Below, piece by piece: positions 23,009 to 34,559 of a stretch of 44,567 bases of DNA. The notes beneath the pieces were generated by a model that did no database searches, was not told where the DNA came from, and saw only the letters and a list, made by a program, of their open reading frames with translations. This DNA comes from Chiloscyllium plagiosum. Lineage: Eukaryota. Location of the stretch: NCBI RefSeq assembly GCF_004010195.1, contig NC_057720.1, positions 11,858,941 through 11,903,507 on the forward strand. Direction: 5' to 3'. Every line of letters begins with the position of its first letter. Position 1 is the stretch's first letter. The translations under genes were made by a program, and so were the position numbers.

Positions 23009-23160
23009 GGGTGGCATGGTGGCTCAGTGGTTAGCACTGCTGCCTCATAGCCCCAGGGACCCAGTTCAATTCCAGTCTCAGGCAGCTGCCTGTGTGGAGT
23101 TTGCACATTCTCCCAGTGTCTGCGTGGGTTTCTTCTGGGTGCTCCAGTTTCCACCCACAA
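23009..23160 (+). mobile_element. HE1-type V-SINE, 5' half
   Basis: ggtggcatggtggctcagtggttagcactgctgcctc...gggtgctccagtttccacccaca. Confidence 0.88.
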
Positions 23161-23491
23161 TGGCCCAATGACATCATAAAATCAGACATGCTTGAACTAA
23201 CCTTTAAATGCAAACTCCAGGGAAGAATGTGACTTAATTACATCAGATTTTCTCAGCTTTCATCTAGATTTCATGTTTTCTCACCTATTTATTTCACCTC
23301 AGTTATATTTTGAGATGCAGCATGTTATTACTTGGTAAGAGAAAGATACAGGTGACACTCAGAGCCAGGGAAGATTGAGGCGCTCAATCAAGGCAGCAAG
23401 AAACTGAAAGAGCAGCAGAATGGAAGAATTTACAACTGCTGCAAGTGAGAGTCCAAGCATTTTGGGGGACACTTTCAGTGCTGATCCTCAT

Positions 23492-23676
23492 AGTTAAAAA
23501 TCACACAACACCAGGTTATAGTCCAACAGGTGTATTTGAAAGTACAAGGTAGCTACCTGATGAAGGAACAGCACTTCAAAAGCTTGTACTTCCAAATAAA
23601 TCTGTTGGATAACAACCTGGTGTTGTGAGATTTTTAATCTTGTCCACCCCAGACCAACACCAGCACCTCCATGTCA
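23492..23676. mobile_element. Palindromic Penelope-derived element (family 4) with 10-bp TSD and degenerate hammerhead
   Basis: Arms ttaaaaatcacacaacaccaggtt.../...aacctggtgttgtgagatttttaa. Centre tac-CTGATGA-aggaacagcacttc-aAAAGCTT-gta. TSD tgatcctcat at 23482-23491 and 23677-23686. Confidence 0.8.
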
Positions 23677-24666
23677 TGATCCTCATTATGATTAGGACTC
23701 AAGACTAGAATATGATATTGGCAGTAGATCAGCGGTATTCGATTACTTTGGTACAGATAATTGGTGAAAATAGTCATCTTAAATGTGTTGTGTGTGTAGT
23801 TAAGTATTACTGCCGCCCTTACAGGAGCCCCTGAATATTCTCATGGGGACTCAATATATCAACAGCATACATGCACATCTCAGTATTTCCTGAAAAACAT
23901 CGAAAAATATAACAGAGATTGTACATCAAGAATTCTCACCATTTTGCTTCAAGGATGAAGAAAATTTTAATGCAGTCTTATGAAATATTTAGTATTTCAA
24001 CAAACACTTAAAATAAAGAGAGCGCTATTACAGATGTTGCCTTTCGAACTGACGATGAAATTTTCAGAGTATTAACAAACACTGAGAAAAGAGGTGTAGA
24101 CGCAGACGTTATCCTGAGGATTTTGAAAATGACACCAAGGGGTCAGAGAGAGAAAATAAATTCTTTGTGAAAAGATATACTGAATTAAAATTTTTTGGGA
24201 ATTTTCATGTGTTTCATATTTTCTGGGATGAAAAATTGTTATCAAAAACAATTGTGTGGAATCGTGCAATTAGGTGAATTGTGGATTAAAATCTATTGAA
24301 TATTCACCAACTGCCTGTGGTGTGAATATGCTGTTTCATTAAAACATTTTAATTTTTAAATCTTATTTTTAAACTTTCATCTTGGTTTCAATCCAAACTG
24401 CACTCCACCTTCAAAAGGGGTGCCTTATTCTGTATTATATAAGCTCTCACTGACAACTAGAAAATATGTACTTCAAAAACAAATTGTTTATTCTCCTTAC
24501 TAAATGCAGAGTAACAAGCTGCAAGTTTCAAGCAGAGAAAATCAACTCAGATCCTAAAACAACTGATGGTACAACAATTATGGAAGACCTTTTCCCACAC
24601 TTGAAGCTTTATGCTCTTTCTACTTTGAATTCAATGCCATGTTATGGTGAGAATTAGAATATTTAC

Positions 24667-24738
24667 CTGTTCTTCTACACTCCAAAGCTGGTTAAATGTC
24701 TCTGACTTGGAGTCGTCACAGATTCTCCCTCTTATTAC
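24667..24738 (-). CDS. ZZZ3: ZZZ3 internal coding exon D (72 nt): [24 protein letters not shown], start of the Myb/SANT domain
   Basis: Not in the ORF track; read by hand. Acceptor attctttcag|GTA ATA AGA and donor GAA CAG|gtaaat. Contains the first SANT tryptophan (LWSVEEQ). Confidence 0.95.
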
Positions 24739-24783
24739 CTGAAAGAATGCAAAGAAAACATGTAATTTTTCTCCCCTTCAGAA

Positions 24784-25361
24784 TGTTATGGACCAGACAG
24801 GACCCCCTCAAAATATTTTCAGAAGGTAGCCTAGACCCTAATTTTTTCTTATTTTAAAGGCAGATGTGAAGTGGATATTCCAGGTGGGATGCAGCTGGTC
24901 AGACCACTCAGCTTCAAGCAAAACAGAATTTATTTAAAGACGAACAAAAGAAAACTGAATTTAGAACAACTTAAAACAATCTGATACAGTAACAATGACT
25001 GATTAACTGTTCCAAAACAGTAACATCCCATAAACACACCCCTTAGCAAAAAGGTAAATTCAAACATGGATTCTTACAGGCAGGAGGGAACAACATCCGA
25101 AGAGATCTCAGGAGAAAGTTAGAGGAGCTCTTTACGGGAGCCTGCAACTCCCCTGGACTCTTGCATCTTGTGACTGTTACAGCTAAAAGAAAACTAGAAA
25201 ACACCTGAATTGGGCAGAACCGGCCATTCCCCCTCCATTACTGAACTGTTAAACCTACACCCACCCCCACCTCTCCAGACTCTTCGGCACCTCTGCATTT
25301 ATGACCTCTCTCCAAAAGGATTATGGTAAACTAACCTTGTTAAAGTGACAGCATCATCACA
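24784..25361 (-). mobile_element. Solo LTR (578 bp; Gypsy/ERV-type)
   Basis: Starts TGTTATG and ends CATCACA (6/7 inverted termini), with 4-bp TSD AGAA at 24780-24783 and 25362-25365. AATAAA on the minus strand at 24929-24934. Confidence 0.75.
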
Positions 25362-25653
25362 AGAACAGAGTACTGTAAAATGTAAATCAGTTACATTTTT
25401 GAAGTTGGATGAGTGAATTTATAATATTCAATCTGAGGTGTAGTAAATTATTCCCTGAAATTATCCAATGTCCCGCCCTGACCATCTAATTTCAGCCAAC
25501 TTCCAAGCTAAATGTCCAGAACATACATTTTTTGAAAGTAATACAAACCCTATCTGCCTTGACCGTAGGAAAAATCTGAGAAAGGTCCTAATCAGGAATC
25601 ATTCGTATTATTTCCTTAACATAGTTTAAGGTGCCTTACAGAAGTGTAAATAA

Positions 25654-25868
25654 GCTGAAAAATGTGTTGCTGGAAAAACACAGCAGGTCAGGCAGCATCC
25701 AAGGAGCAGGAGAATCAACGAGAATAAGCCCTTCAGGATTCCTGAAGAAGGGCTTATGCCCAAAACGTCGAGTTTCCTGCTCCTTGGATGCTGCCTGAAT
25801 TGCTGCGCTTTTCCAGCAACACATTTTTCAGCTCTGATCTCCAGCGTCTGCAGTCCTTACTTTCTCCT
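25654..25868. mobile_element. Palindromic Penelope-derived element (family 1, opposite orientation) with 14-bp TSD
   Basis: Centre cttcaggattcctgaag. TSD agaagtgtaaataa (25640-25653) / agaagtgcaaataa (25869-25882). Confidence 0.88.
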
Positions 25869-27063
25869 AGAAGTGCAAATAAACTGAGATACTTTAGTGA
25901 GCTACCTGAAAGCTTAAAGAAAAAAGGTAGGCTTGAAGGAACCTCTTAAAAGGAGTGATTTGAGATGGGAGAGTTGATAGCAAGACCATTGTATAGTAAC
26001 AAATACTGGGGATGCACAAGAGACTAGATTTAGAAGAATTAAAATGAATGAACTTGACAAAACTGAACAAGGCTTTTATTTTTTACTGACCACCCCCAAA
26101 ATCTGTTAACACGTTCCCAGAATCTACTATCTTACAAGGTCAGTGAATAGCATCATCCAGTAATTCTCAATTTCAGACACACTTAATTCATGATTATAGT
26201 TTCTGCTAAACAGTACAGAACTCCAACAGACAGAATTTCCTGTCTTTGCTAAGGGCATTTTCACTTAAGTCATACTCAGGAAAATGCAAAGAGATGGATA
26301 TGAAAATGACTTGCTGTACAAGGAAGGTCTGATAAGATCTGGAAATAACTACTGGAGGGACACACCCAACCTCCACATGGGCCAAGCGATTAACAGCCAG
26401 CAATGCACACAACCCACCAGTATTTTGGATTGGATGTTACTTTTTGAAGACAAGGAAACTCTGCAAATACTTCACACTTGGTTAGGTTAACACTCCCCTG
26501 TGCATCAGAGTTTGAGCGTTCAAGCATCATTTGCAAGACTTGAGCACATCTCCTGGGCTGGCATTCCAAGAGTGTTCCAATGTTGGCAGTGCCACCTTTC
26601 AGAGAAAGAGCAGTACAAAAGCTCTCAGAGACCTGCCAACCATTTATCCTTTAATCACAATTACCACAACAAATTATCTGGTCATTGTCAGACTACAGCT
26701 TGGGGACTCTGCTGTGTCCCCCAGCTGTCACATTTCCGACATTACAACACAGATACATTTAAGCTCTAAAATGCAACATGACATCCCACGAACTTGAGAA
26801 TTCAGGTGAGTTAGTCTCTCTCCATAAAGTGTGAACAGTAAAGACCATTTTTTAACTTTTTTTTTTAAAACCTTTCAAACAAAAGTGAGTGCCCCCTCAA
26901 CCCCTTTTCAAACCATTAAATACAGGAAATAAAGGAAAACGAAAATGCATCTTTTCACAGAATGAATTTTTTTTTAATCTTTCCATTATATCTGGTAGTG
27001 CCCTCAGGGATTTTGATGGTGCTGATTCAATCGTGGTAGATATGAAAATGATTTGCTGTACAA

Positions 27064-27667
27064 GTCTCCTCCTCCCCCCCGCTGGAGACGGGGTCTCTCC
27101 CCCTCCTCCCCCCGCTGGGGACGGGGTCTCTCCCCCTCCTCCCTCTCGCTGGGGACGGGGTCTCTCCCCCTCCTCCCTCTCGCTGGGGACGGGGTCTCTC
27201 CCCCTCCTCCCCCCGCTNNNNNNNNNNNNNNNNNNNNNNNNNNNNNNNNNNNNNNNNNNNNNNNNNNNNNNNNNNNNNNNNNNNNNNNNNNNNNNNNNNN
27301 NNNNNNNNNNNNNNNNNNNNNNNNNNNNNNNNNNNNNNNNNNNNNNNNNNNNNNNNNNNNNNNNNNNNNNNNNNNNNNNNNNNNNNNNNNNNNNNNNNNN
27401 NNNNNNNNNNNNNNNNNNNNNNNNNNNNNNNNNNNNNNNNNNNNNNNNNNNNNNNNNNNNNNNNNNNNNNNNNNNNNNNNNNNNNNNNNNNNNNNNNNNN
27501 NNNNNNNNNNNNNNNNNNNNNNNNNNGGGGACAGGGTCTCTCCCCCTCCTCCCCCCGCTGGGGACAGGGTCTCTCCCCCTCCTCCCCCCCGCTGGGGACG
27601 GGGTCTCTCCCCCTCCTCCCCCCCGCTGGGGACAGGGTCTCTCCCCCTCCTCCCCCCGCTGGAGATA
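27064..27667. repeat. GC-rich minisatellite, 33-34 bp unit (gctggggacggggtctctccccctcctcccccc), spanning a 309-N gap at 27218-27526
   Basis: Unit starts at 27081, 27114, 27148, 27182, 27215 and at 27557, 27591, 27625, 27658. Confidence 0.95.
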
Positions 27668-27669
27668 GT

Positions 27670-28870
27670 TGATTCCTGGCGCTTGGTGCGGTGTGTGCGT
27701 TTCTTGCCACTTGTCGACCTCAAGCCAGAGACAAAACCTTGTCCAGGTTTTTGTGGCTTATAAAGTCAGAGTGCTTCGATGTCTGAGCAATCACGGGTGG
27801 TGAAGGACACTGTACAGTCATCCACGGATAACTCCACTTCTCACCTTGTGGAGGAGGGAGGGTCATTGAAGCGGTTGGGGATGTTTGTACCTGGGTCACT
27901 GCCCTTCGGGGCTCCTGCAGGTCTGTAATGAGTTTGATATGATTCTACTCTAGTAATTACGGCCATCGTCTGGGGTGTGGTTCCACCCAGCGGGAAGATT
28001 TTCTCTGGTTCCCTTCAATTCCGTTTTTGCTGCCAGTTTTTGAAGCCATAATCTGTAAAGGGATGCCTTCATGTCAGGGGCAGCCACTCTCACCACCTCT
28101 GGAATTCAGCTCATTTTCTTTACACTTTTGGAAATGGATTGCAGTGAGGTTAGGAGCTGGGTGACCCTGGAGACGATCACAGCCTCAGAGAGCATCCATC
28201 CATGCCTTCATCACTTTGTTGGTGATTTAGAGTGAACTGGTAGGGCGGTTTGGATTTATCCTGCTGTTTGTGGGCAGACCATGCTGAGGCAGCTCTCCAC
28301 ATTGCCAAGTGGATCTCAGTGTCATGGCTGTGCGGGAACAGTTTGGGACGGCCGGGTCTGGAGCACAAGTCTTCAGTGCTGTTGCTGGATTGGTGTCAGG
28401 GTCCCTCGCCTTTACAGTGTCCACTCCCTTCTGCTGTTTCTTGGTACAGTGTGGAGTGAATCAAAGTGGCTGAAGGCTGGTGTTTGCGATGCTGTAGACC
28501 TTGAGAGTAGGCAGAGATGGATCATTCACTCAGCATGTCTGGTTGAGGTTAATGCAGGTGCTACAGCCTTGCCATTTGCACTGGCACCCTGGAATATCCT
28601 ACCATCAATGAGGGGATATTTGTGGAACCTCTACCTCCTGTTCATTCTTTGGTTGCCCACCACTAGTCATGATTGGGTGCGTCAGGGCCGCTGAGCTTTC
28701 ATCTGATCCACACTGCAGAGGTGCTTCTCCCTGGTCTGTCACCTGCGGCTTGCACAGCTTGACAGTGAGGGTAGTCCTGCGTTGTGGCTTCACTAGTGTG
28801 GCACCTCATTTTTGGATGTGCCCGGTGGTGCTTCTGGCTTCTGCCCTCCTTCAATCTTCATTAAACTATC
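27670..28870 (-). mobile_element. Decayed L2/Crack-like LINE ORF2 internal fragment
   Basis: Motifs such as gtgaaggacactgtacagtcatccacgg, gggcagccactctcacc.cctctggaattcagctc and tggttgcccaccactagtcatgattgg resemble the 5' continuation of the 14340 and 31095 family. Confidence 0.6.
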
Positions 28871-28904
28871 CATCTGCACAGGACATTGGAGAGGTGACTT
28901 TTAC

Positions 28905-29388
28905 AAGAGCATGTACAATTCTGGTCACCGTTCTATAGGAAGGATGTTGTTAAACTTGAGAGACTGCAGAAAACATTTACAAGGACATTGCCAGGACAGG
29001 AGGATTTGGGCTATAAAGACAGACTGAGTAGGCCGGAGGAGGGGGCAGAGGCTGAGGGTTAACCTTATAGAGGTTTATAAAATCATGAGGGACATGGATA
29101 GATGACTAGCCTACGGTGGGCGAGTTCAAAACTAGACAGCATAAGAAAGGAAAAAGATTTGAAGAGGACCTGAGGGGCAACCTTTTCATGCAGAGGGTGA
29201 TGTGTGTATGGAACGAGCTGCCAGAGGGAGTGGAGGAGGCTGGTACAATTACAACAGTTAAAAGGCATCCAGATGGGTAAATGAATAGGAAGGGTTTAGA
29301 ATGCTGGCAAATGGGACTAGATTTATTTAGGATATCTGGTCAGCAAGGACTGGTTGGACAAAAGGATCTGTTTCCATGCTGTATGACT
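28905..29388 (+). mobile_element. CR1 (HER1-type) 3' portion
   Basis: Colinear with 19470-20000. Confidence 0.9.
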
Positions 29389-29485
29389 AAGGGTTATACC
29401 CGAAACGTCGACTTCTCCACCTCCTGATGCTGCCTGGCCTGCTGTGTTCTTCCAGCCTCCTACCTGTCTACCTTGGATTCCAGCA
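29389..29485 (+). mobile_element. Penelope-like terminal fragment with partial hammerhead (stem II-GAAAC-GUC)
   Basis: agggt-tat-accc-gaaacgtcgacttctcc...gatgctgcctggcctgctgtgttcttccagc...ttccagcatctccag. Confidence 0.65.
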
Positions 29486-30667
29486 TCTCCAGTTTTTTTT
29501 GTCTTTATCTAAAAGCCTACAGGAATTTCAGCCTCTGAAATATACACACTCCAAGCCAAAACTAAAGATCTGGCCTATTTAATATTGCAAATTTCTTGGG
29601 ACATAATGCCACTACAGAAGCCTACCTCCATGAATGGAGCTTGGGATTCAGACGGAGGTGCATCCTTGCTGACCCTAGAGATGACCTTCTCCTGGCCTCA
29701 ACGTACTAAATAGCAGAAGATGGAGAAAGTTAGCCCCTTATGTCACAGTACAAAACAGGGCTTAGTCCAGTTTTGAGGTGAATCTTCAGTTACTGTTGCG
29801 CTGGATGACCTGCCAATATTGGAGCTAACATGGAAATGAAGGTTACAATCAATCAGAACACTGCACTGATGCAAGACAGTGCTACGTCACTGACTGTTCA
29901 GTAACAGTTCGATTTTTCTACCTAACCCAGCATAATTCCAGCATTAATTGCAGTATATGGAGAGGGAGAATTCAAACTGTATGGTGAATAATAATTTACT
30001 GCAGTGATTGCACAAGCTGTAAGCAAACAGCAAATTACAGATGGGGATGATGAATACCAACATCCTTTCGTTACCAAGCACATTGCATTTTGCAGCAATT
30101 TCCAATTCTGAAGTGGACAATCATGATCACTTCCCATATCCACAACTCTGTGCAAATAATTTACTGAGACTGGCACATAGTATTCAACACGGCTGCCAAT
30201 TCAAGCCTGATCTTGTTTAGTCTCTGAAGGATTTGCTCATGTGGAGCAGAAGCACTGTCAAGTGGCCCGCTTCTGTGCTGTAAATTCTATCTAATAGAAA
30301 TTTATTTGAAAAACACAAATACAGAAAACAAACATTTACGATCGAGCAAACATTGCACGTACTATTTAATGTGCACCATTACTTCAGTGGATTTAGCGTT
30401 TCTTGTTTTATTTTAGTCTTGATAAAAAAGGTAACAATTCTCATTTCAGGCACTCAATCACAAGCTAGCACAACTAATCAGGCGGCAATGCTTCTTCCAT
30501 GTTGTTCCAACAATGGGGCAAGAATAGGTTACGGGTAACAGGAGAAATTGTAAACCCTTTCTTTGTAACCTGCATACAGTTTTGCAGCATTGAGCATGCA
30601 GAGAAAATCTTAGCTCAATCTACTTCTACTCGTCTGGACTATGTCGGCCCAAATAGGTTTCTATGTA

Positions 30668-30838
30668 AAAACGGAAAAGACTGCAGATACTGTAACTCAG
30701 AAACAAAAGCAGAAATTGCTGGAAAAGTTCAGCTGTTCTGGCAGCATCTGTGGAGAGAAAGCAGAGTTAACATTTCAGGTTGAATGACTCTTCCTCAGAC
30801 CGGCTGAGCTTTTCCAGCAATTTCTGCTTTTGTTTCTG
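30668..30838. mobile_element. Partly palindromic Penelope-derived element (family 2)
   Basis: cagaaacaaaagcagaaattgctggaaaag / cttttccagcaatttctgcttttgtttctg inverted arms. Minus strand has CUGAGGA...GAAAUGUU-AACUC. Confidence 0.75.
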
Positions 30839-31094
30839 TGATGAATCTACATATGGATTTGCTTTTAACACATTTAACTCGAATTTTAAGATAGCCTGGC
30901 ATTGTTTTGAGCAGGAAGTCATTCCTATTTACCCTGTCACTGCTTCAGTCCGACTTCAAAATCAACAACAGATGCTGAGCTGGTAAGTACGCGAGAGGAC
31001 ATGACCCCACACAGCAGCTTTCCAAAAATCCGAGTGAAGGAAACTCATGACTTATGTAGATTGGAGATTTTTCTCCCCAAGAATTCTTTAAAAA

Positions 31095-32245
31095 AAATTC
31101 ATTCATGGAATGCAGGTATCACTGGCTGGGCCAGTATTTGCTGTCTATCTCCAACTATTTTCAAGTTGGTGGTGGTGAGCTACTATATTGAATTGCTGCA
31201 GTCTTTCGGGTGTAGGTACATCCACAGTGTTGTAAGAGAGGGAACTATAGGATTTTAACCTTGTGACAGTAAACGAGCAGTGATTCAGTTTCAAAAGAGG
31301 AATGGTGTGTATCTTGAAGGAAAACGTACAGGTGGTGGTGGTGGTCTCATGCATCTCGGTGTCAGAGGTCCCAGTTTCAGAAGGTGTTGCTGCAGGTAAC
31401 TGGGTAGGTTGCTGCAGTGCACCTTGTACATGGCACACACACTGCTAACATTGTGCTTCAGTGCAGAATGCAGGGAACAATGGTGATGGATTGAGAGCCA
31501 ATCAAACAGGCTGCTTTGTCATGAAAGGTGTCAACCCTCTTCAATGTTGTAGCAGCTGGAACCATTGAGGCAAGTGGTGAGTATTGCATCACACTACTGA
31601 CTTGTGCCTTGCAAATGGTGGACAGACTTTGGGGAGTCAGACAGTGAGTTACTCTTTGCAGAATTCCTTGCCTCTGACCTGATCTTGTTTATATGGCTAG
31701 TCCAGTTCAGATTCTGAGCAATGGTGCTCCCGGGTTGCTGCTATTAGGGGATTCAACAGTAATAATGCTGCTGAAAGTCATGTGTGCGCATGTGCACGTG
31801 TGCGCATGCGTGTGGGGTAGAGCTAGGTTCTCTTTTGTTGCAGCTGGTCACTGCCTGCCTCTTGTGTGATGGAAACGTTACTTGTCTCCTATCAGCCCAG
31901 GCTTAGATGTTGTCCAGGTTTTACTACACATGGAAACAGGCTCCTTCAGTTTCTGTGTCGCAAACAATGGTGCTAAACACGGTGCAATCATCAGCGAACA
32001 TCCCCGCACCTGACCTTACATAGAGCAAAGTTCATTGATGAAGCAGTTGAAGATGGCTGGACCTAGGAAGCTACCCTGAGGAACTCATGCAGTGACATCC
32101 TGGGACTGAGAAAACTAACCTCCATCAGCTACAATCATCTTCCTTTGTTAGATACAAGATGAACCCGCAAAGAATTACCGTCCACCCCAATTCCCACTAA
32201 TTCCAGTCCTGGGTGCCACACTTGGACAAATGCTACTTTGATGTC
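31095..32245 (-). mobile_element. L2/Crack-like LINE 3' portion
   Basis: Colinear with 14340-16575: attcattcatgg tail, gactttggggagtcag, cagcgaacatcccc. Confidence 0.8.
31779..31814. repeat. 36-bp perfectly alternating pyrimidine-purine tract
   Basis: catgtgtgcgcatgtgcacgtgtgcgcatgcgtgtg. Confidence 0.85.
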
Positions 32246-32577
32246 ATAATGATGTGGATTATATTGCAAGGAGGAGGGTTATGTACAACATTGTAAACCT
32301 GTAGCAACAACACTGTAACTGCAAAGCAATTCTGCTTCTTAATAGCTCAATAGAGGAAAGATGCATGAATTCAGAAATAAAGTTCAGCACAACACTACAC
32401 CAAATTACGACTCCCAGTCAGTTTGAGCATTAACTGAATTTACAGTTGGTGCAAGTCCAAAAGCATTTTACAATGACTTTCAATTTGCATTTCTTTATGT
32501 CTTTGAAACCAATATTTCATTGTGATGAAGAATTAAAACATTGCATCAAATTAATTAATTTGCATAATTTTCCTCAC

Positions 32578-32705
32578 CTGTGCACGGCTGTTGATCATTA
32601 CTTCTGGGGCATCACTTGAGGGTAAAGTTGAAGAGTAAAAAGAGGATGACGCCGACTCTGCGTCCTTCTTGGAATCCATGGGACTTTTTGGTCTCACAGG
32701 CAAAC
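32578..32705 (-). CDS. ZZZ3: ZZZ3 internal coding exon C (128 nt): (G)LPVRPKSPMDSKKDAESASSSFYSSTLPSSDAPEVMINSRAQ
   Basis: Acceptor ggggttag|GT TTG CCT completes the phase-1 codon as Gly; donor CAG|gtgagg. The GLPxRPKSP motif is typical of ZZZ3. Lies in ORF 32551..32814(-). Confidence 0.9.
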
Positions 32706-32759
32706 CTAACCCCATTGAGAAAATCCAAATTAGACAACATATAAGTTCTGTAAAACAAC

Positions 32760-33560
32760 TGGACTTGTATTTTTGTGAAGAAAATGTTACCTTCAACATT
32801 ACCAAACTTTCCAAAATGCTTCAAAGGGACACAATAAAACAAGATATTACCACCCAAAATATTAGAACAGAGGACCAAAAGCTTGGTTAAAGAGGTAGGT
32901 TTAAGGAGTGTCTTAAGTTACAAAAAAGGTAGAGAAGCAAAAAGGTTTAGGGTGGGAATTGCAAAGTTTAAGAGCCCAAGAGCTGAAGGCATGGCCGCTA
33001 CTAGCACAGCGATTAAAATCAGGAATAGTCAAGAATTACTTTGGAGGGTAGGGGCAGATATGGAAAGGATTGTTGAGTTGGAGAAGATTACAGGGGTGGG
33101 GAGGGGCTATGCCAATGAAGGATCTGAAATCAAGGTGAAGTGTTTTAAAATCAAGGTGCTAACTGGAATCTACTGTTCGTGAGTAAATTCTAGAGTGAAC
33201 GGTGCAAGAAAGAAGATGAGCAGCAGAGTTTTGGATAAGCTCAAGTTTAGAGGGTAGAACACGGAAAGTTAGACAGGAGTGCATTTAGAAAGTTAAGTCT
33301 AGACATACCAAAAGCAATGATGAAGATTTCAGTAGCAGGTGAGCTGAGACAGATTTGGAGTCAGGCAATGCTACAGAGGGTGAAACAGACAGTATTACCG
33401 ACTGTGTGGAAGGGATCTAAAAGGGACACCAGAGTTGAAAACAGTCAGATTCAGCCAAAGACAGTTGCCAGTGTGAGAAGGATTTGGTAACTAAGGAGCA
33501 GAATTTGATGCAGGGACCAAAAACAACGCATATGTTTTTCCCAAAATTGGAAAGAAATTT
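32760..33560 (-). mobile_element. Old L2 LINE fragment filling most of intron B-C
   Basis: gaccaaaagcttggttaaagaggtaggtttaaggagtgtcttaa...gctgaaggcatggccgc...gcagcagagttttggat resembles an antisense L2 3' region. Confidence 0.6.
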
Positions 33561-33645
33561 CTCAATATATTTTCTTCATCCACATTAAGATCTGAGGAGG
33601 TCACATAGCAAACCAAATGAAGAACACAATCGTACAAATATGTAC

Positions 33646-33793
33646 CTTTGTCAAAGACGAGTTTTAACCTCCGTGTGTTGTGTTTCTTATTTCTGTATTC
33701 TTTCTCAAAATTTCCTAGCCCAGACGTGTAATGGTCCCATGGGATCTGAGGCAGCTGGACCACTCTTTGTGGACATGGAAAACCCATGTCAAC
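33646..33793 (-). CDS. ZZZ3: ZZZ3 internal coding exon B (148 nt): [49 protein letters not shown]+G
   Basis: Acceptor aatgtag|GTT GAC ATG and donor AAA G|gtacat (phase 0 in, phase 1 out). Lies in ORF 33491..33787(-). Confidence 0.94.
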
Positions 33794-33894
33794 CTACATT
33801 ACAGGCAAGGTTAAAGCATTAAAATCCATCCACATTCAGTGTATCAGATTTTACTTTTACTAGTTTCTAGTGAAACAAGCACTCAGTAAAAAAG

Positions 33895-34225
33895 TGAAAA
33901 GTTTGAGGGGTTTTAACTAAGTGGATAGAGAGAGAAACTGTCTCCATTGGAAGAGGGATCAGATTTAAGATAAATGACAACAGCAGCAGAGGGAATATGA
34001 GAATTATTTTATTTACACAGCAAGTTGTCATCATCTAGAATGCACTGCCAGAAAGGATAGTGCAAGCAGATTAGACAGCAGCTTCCAAAAGGAATTGGAT
34101 ACATACCCAAAATAGGAAAGTGCTGGACAATAAGGAGCATACAAGAAGACAGAATTACTTGGATAAGACTGTCAGCAAAGACAGGATTGTGGCAAATACC
34201 ATTCTCTATCAAATTTTATGCTTTC
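33895..34225 (+). mobile_element. Old CR1 3' end
   Basis: gtggatagagagagaaactg...tttatttacacagcaagttgt...tagaatgcactgcc...ttccaaaaggaattggat. Confidence 0.65.
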
Positions 34226-34559
34226 TAACATTATTCATTGAAATTTTCCATTTCAGATCACTGTTACAGAATTTACACGAGTTTATAAAAGCTTGAATCC
34301 ACAAACTGTCTAGCTATTTCTGCCTGGGAATGATTCTCTAGCTCTAGGTACTTATTTGACTTTCAGTGCAGCTCTGATTCATTCAGCTGGGACAAAGTGG
34401 GCTGCAGGAGGTTAGCAGTAATGGATAATAATGAACTATTCCGAGGGCATGAAATCAAATCATCTCAATACACTGTAAAGCTGAATTCAATAAATCGGCA
34501 TCTGAAGATTGCCATTAAAAGTGTCAGACTACCTTAAAAACTCACTAAAGAAAATACCC

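Noticed and set aside
27064..27667. CRISPR-like array
   Set aside because: Head-to-tail repeats without unique spacers, in a eukaryotic intron.
26889..27763. Pro/Gly-rich ORFs of 227-259 aa on both strands
   Set aside because: They are translations of the minisatellite plus an N gap, not a gene.
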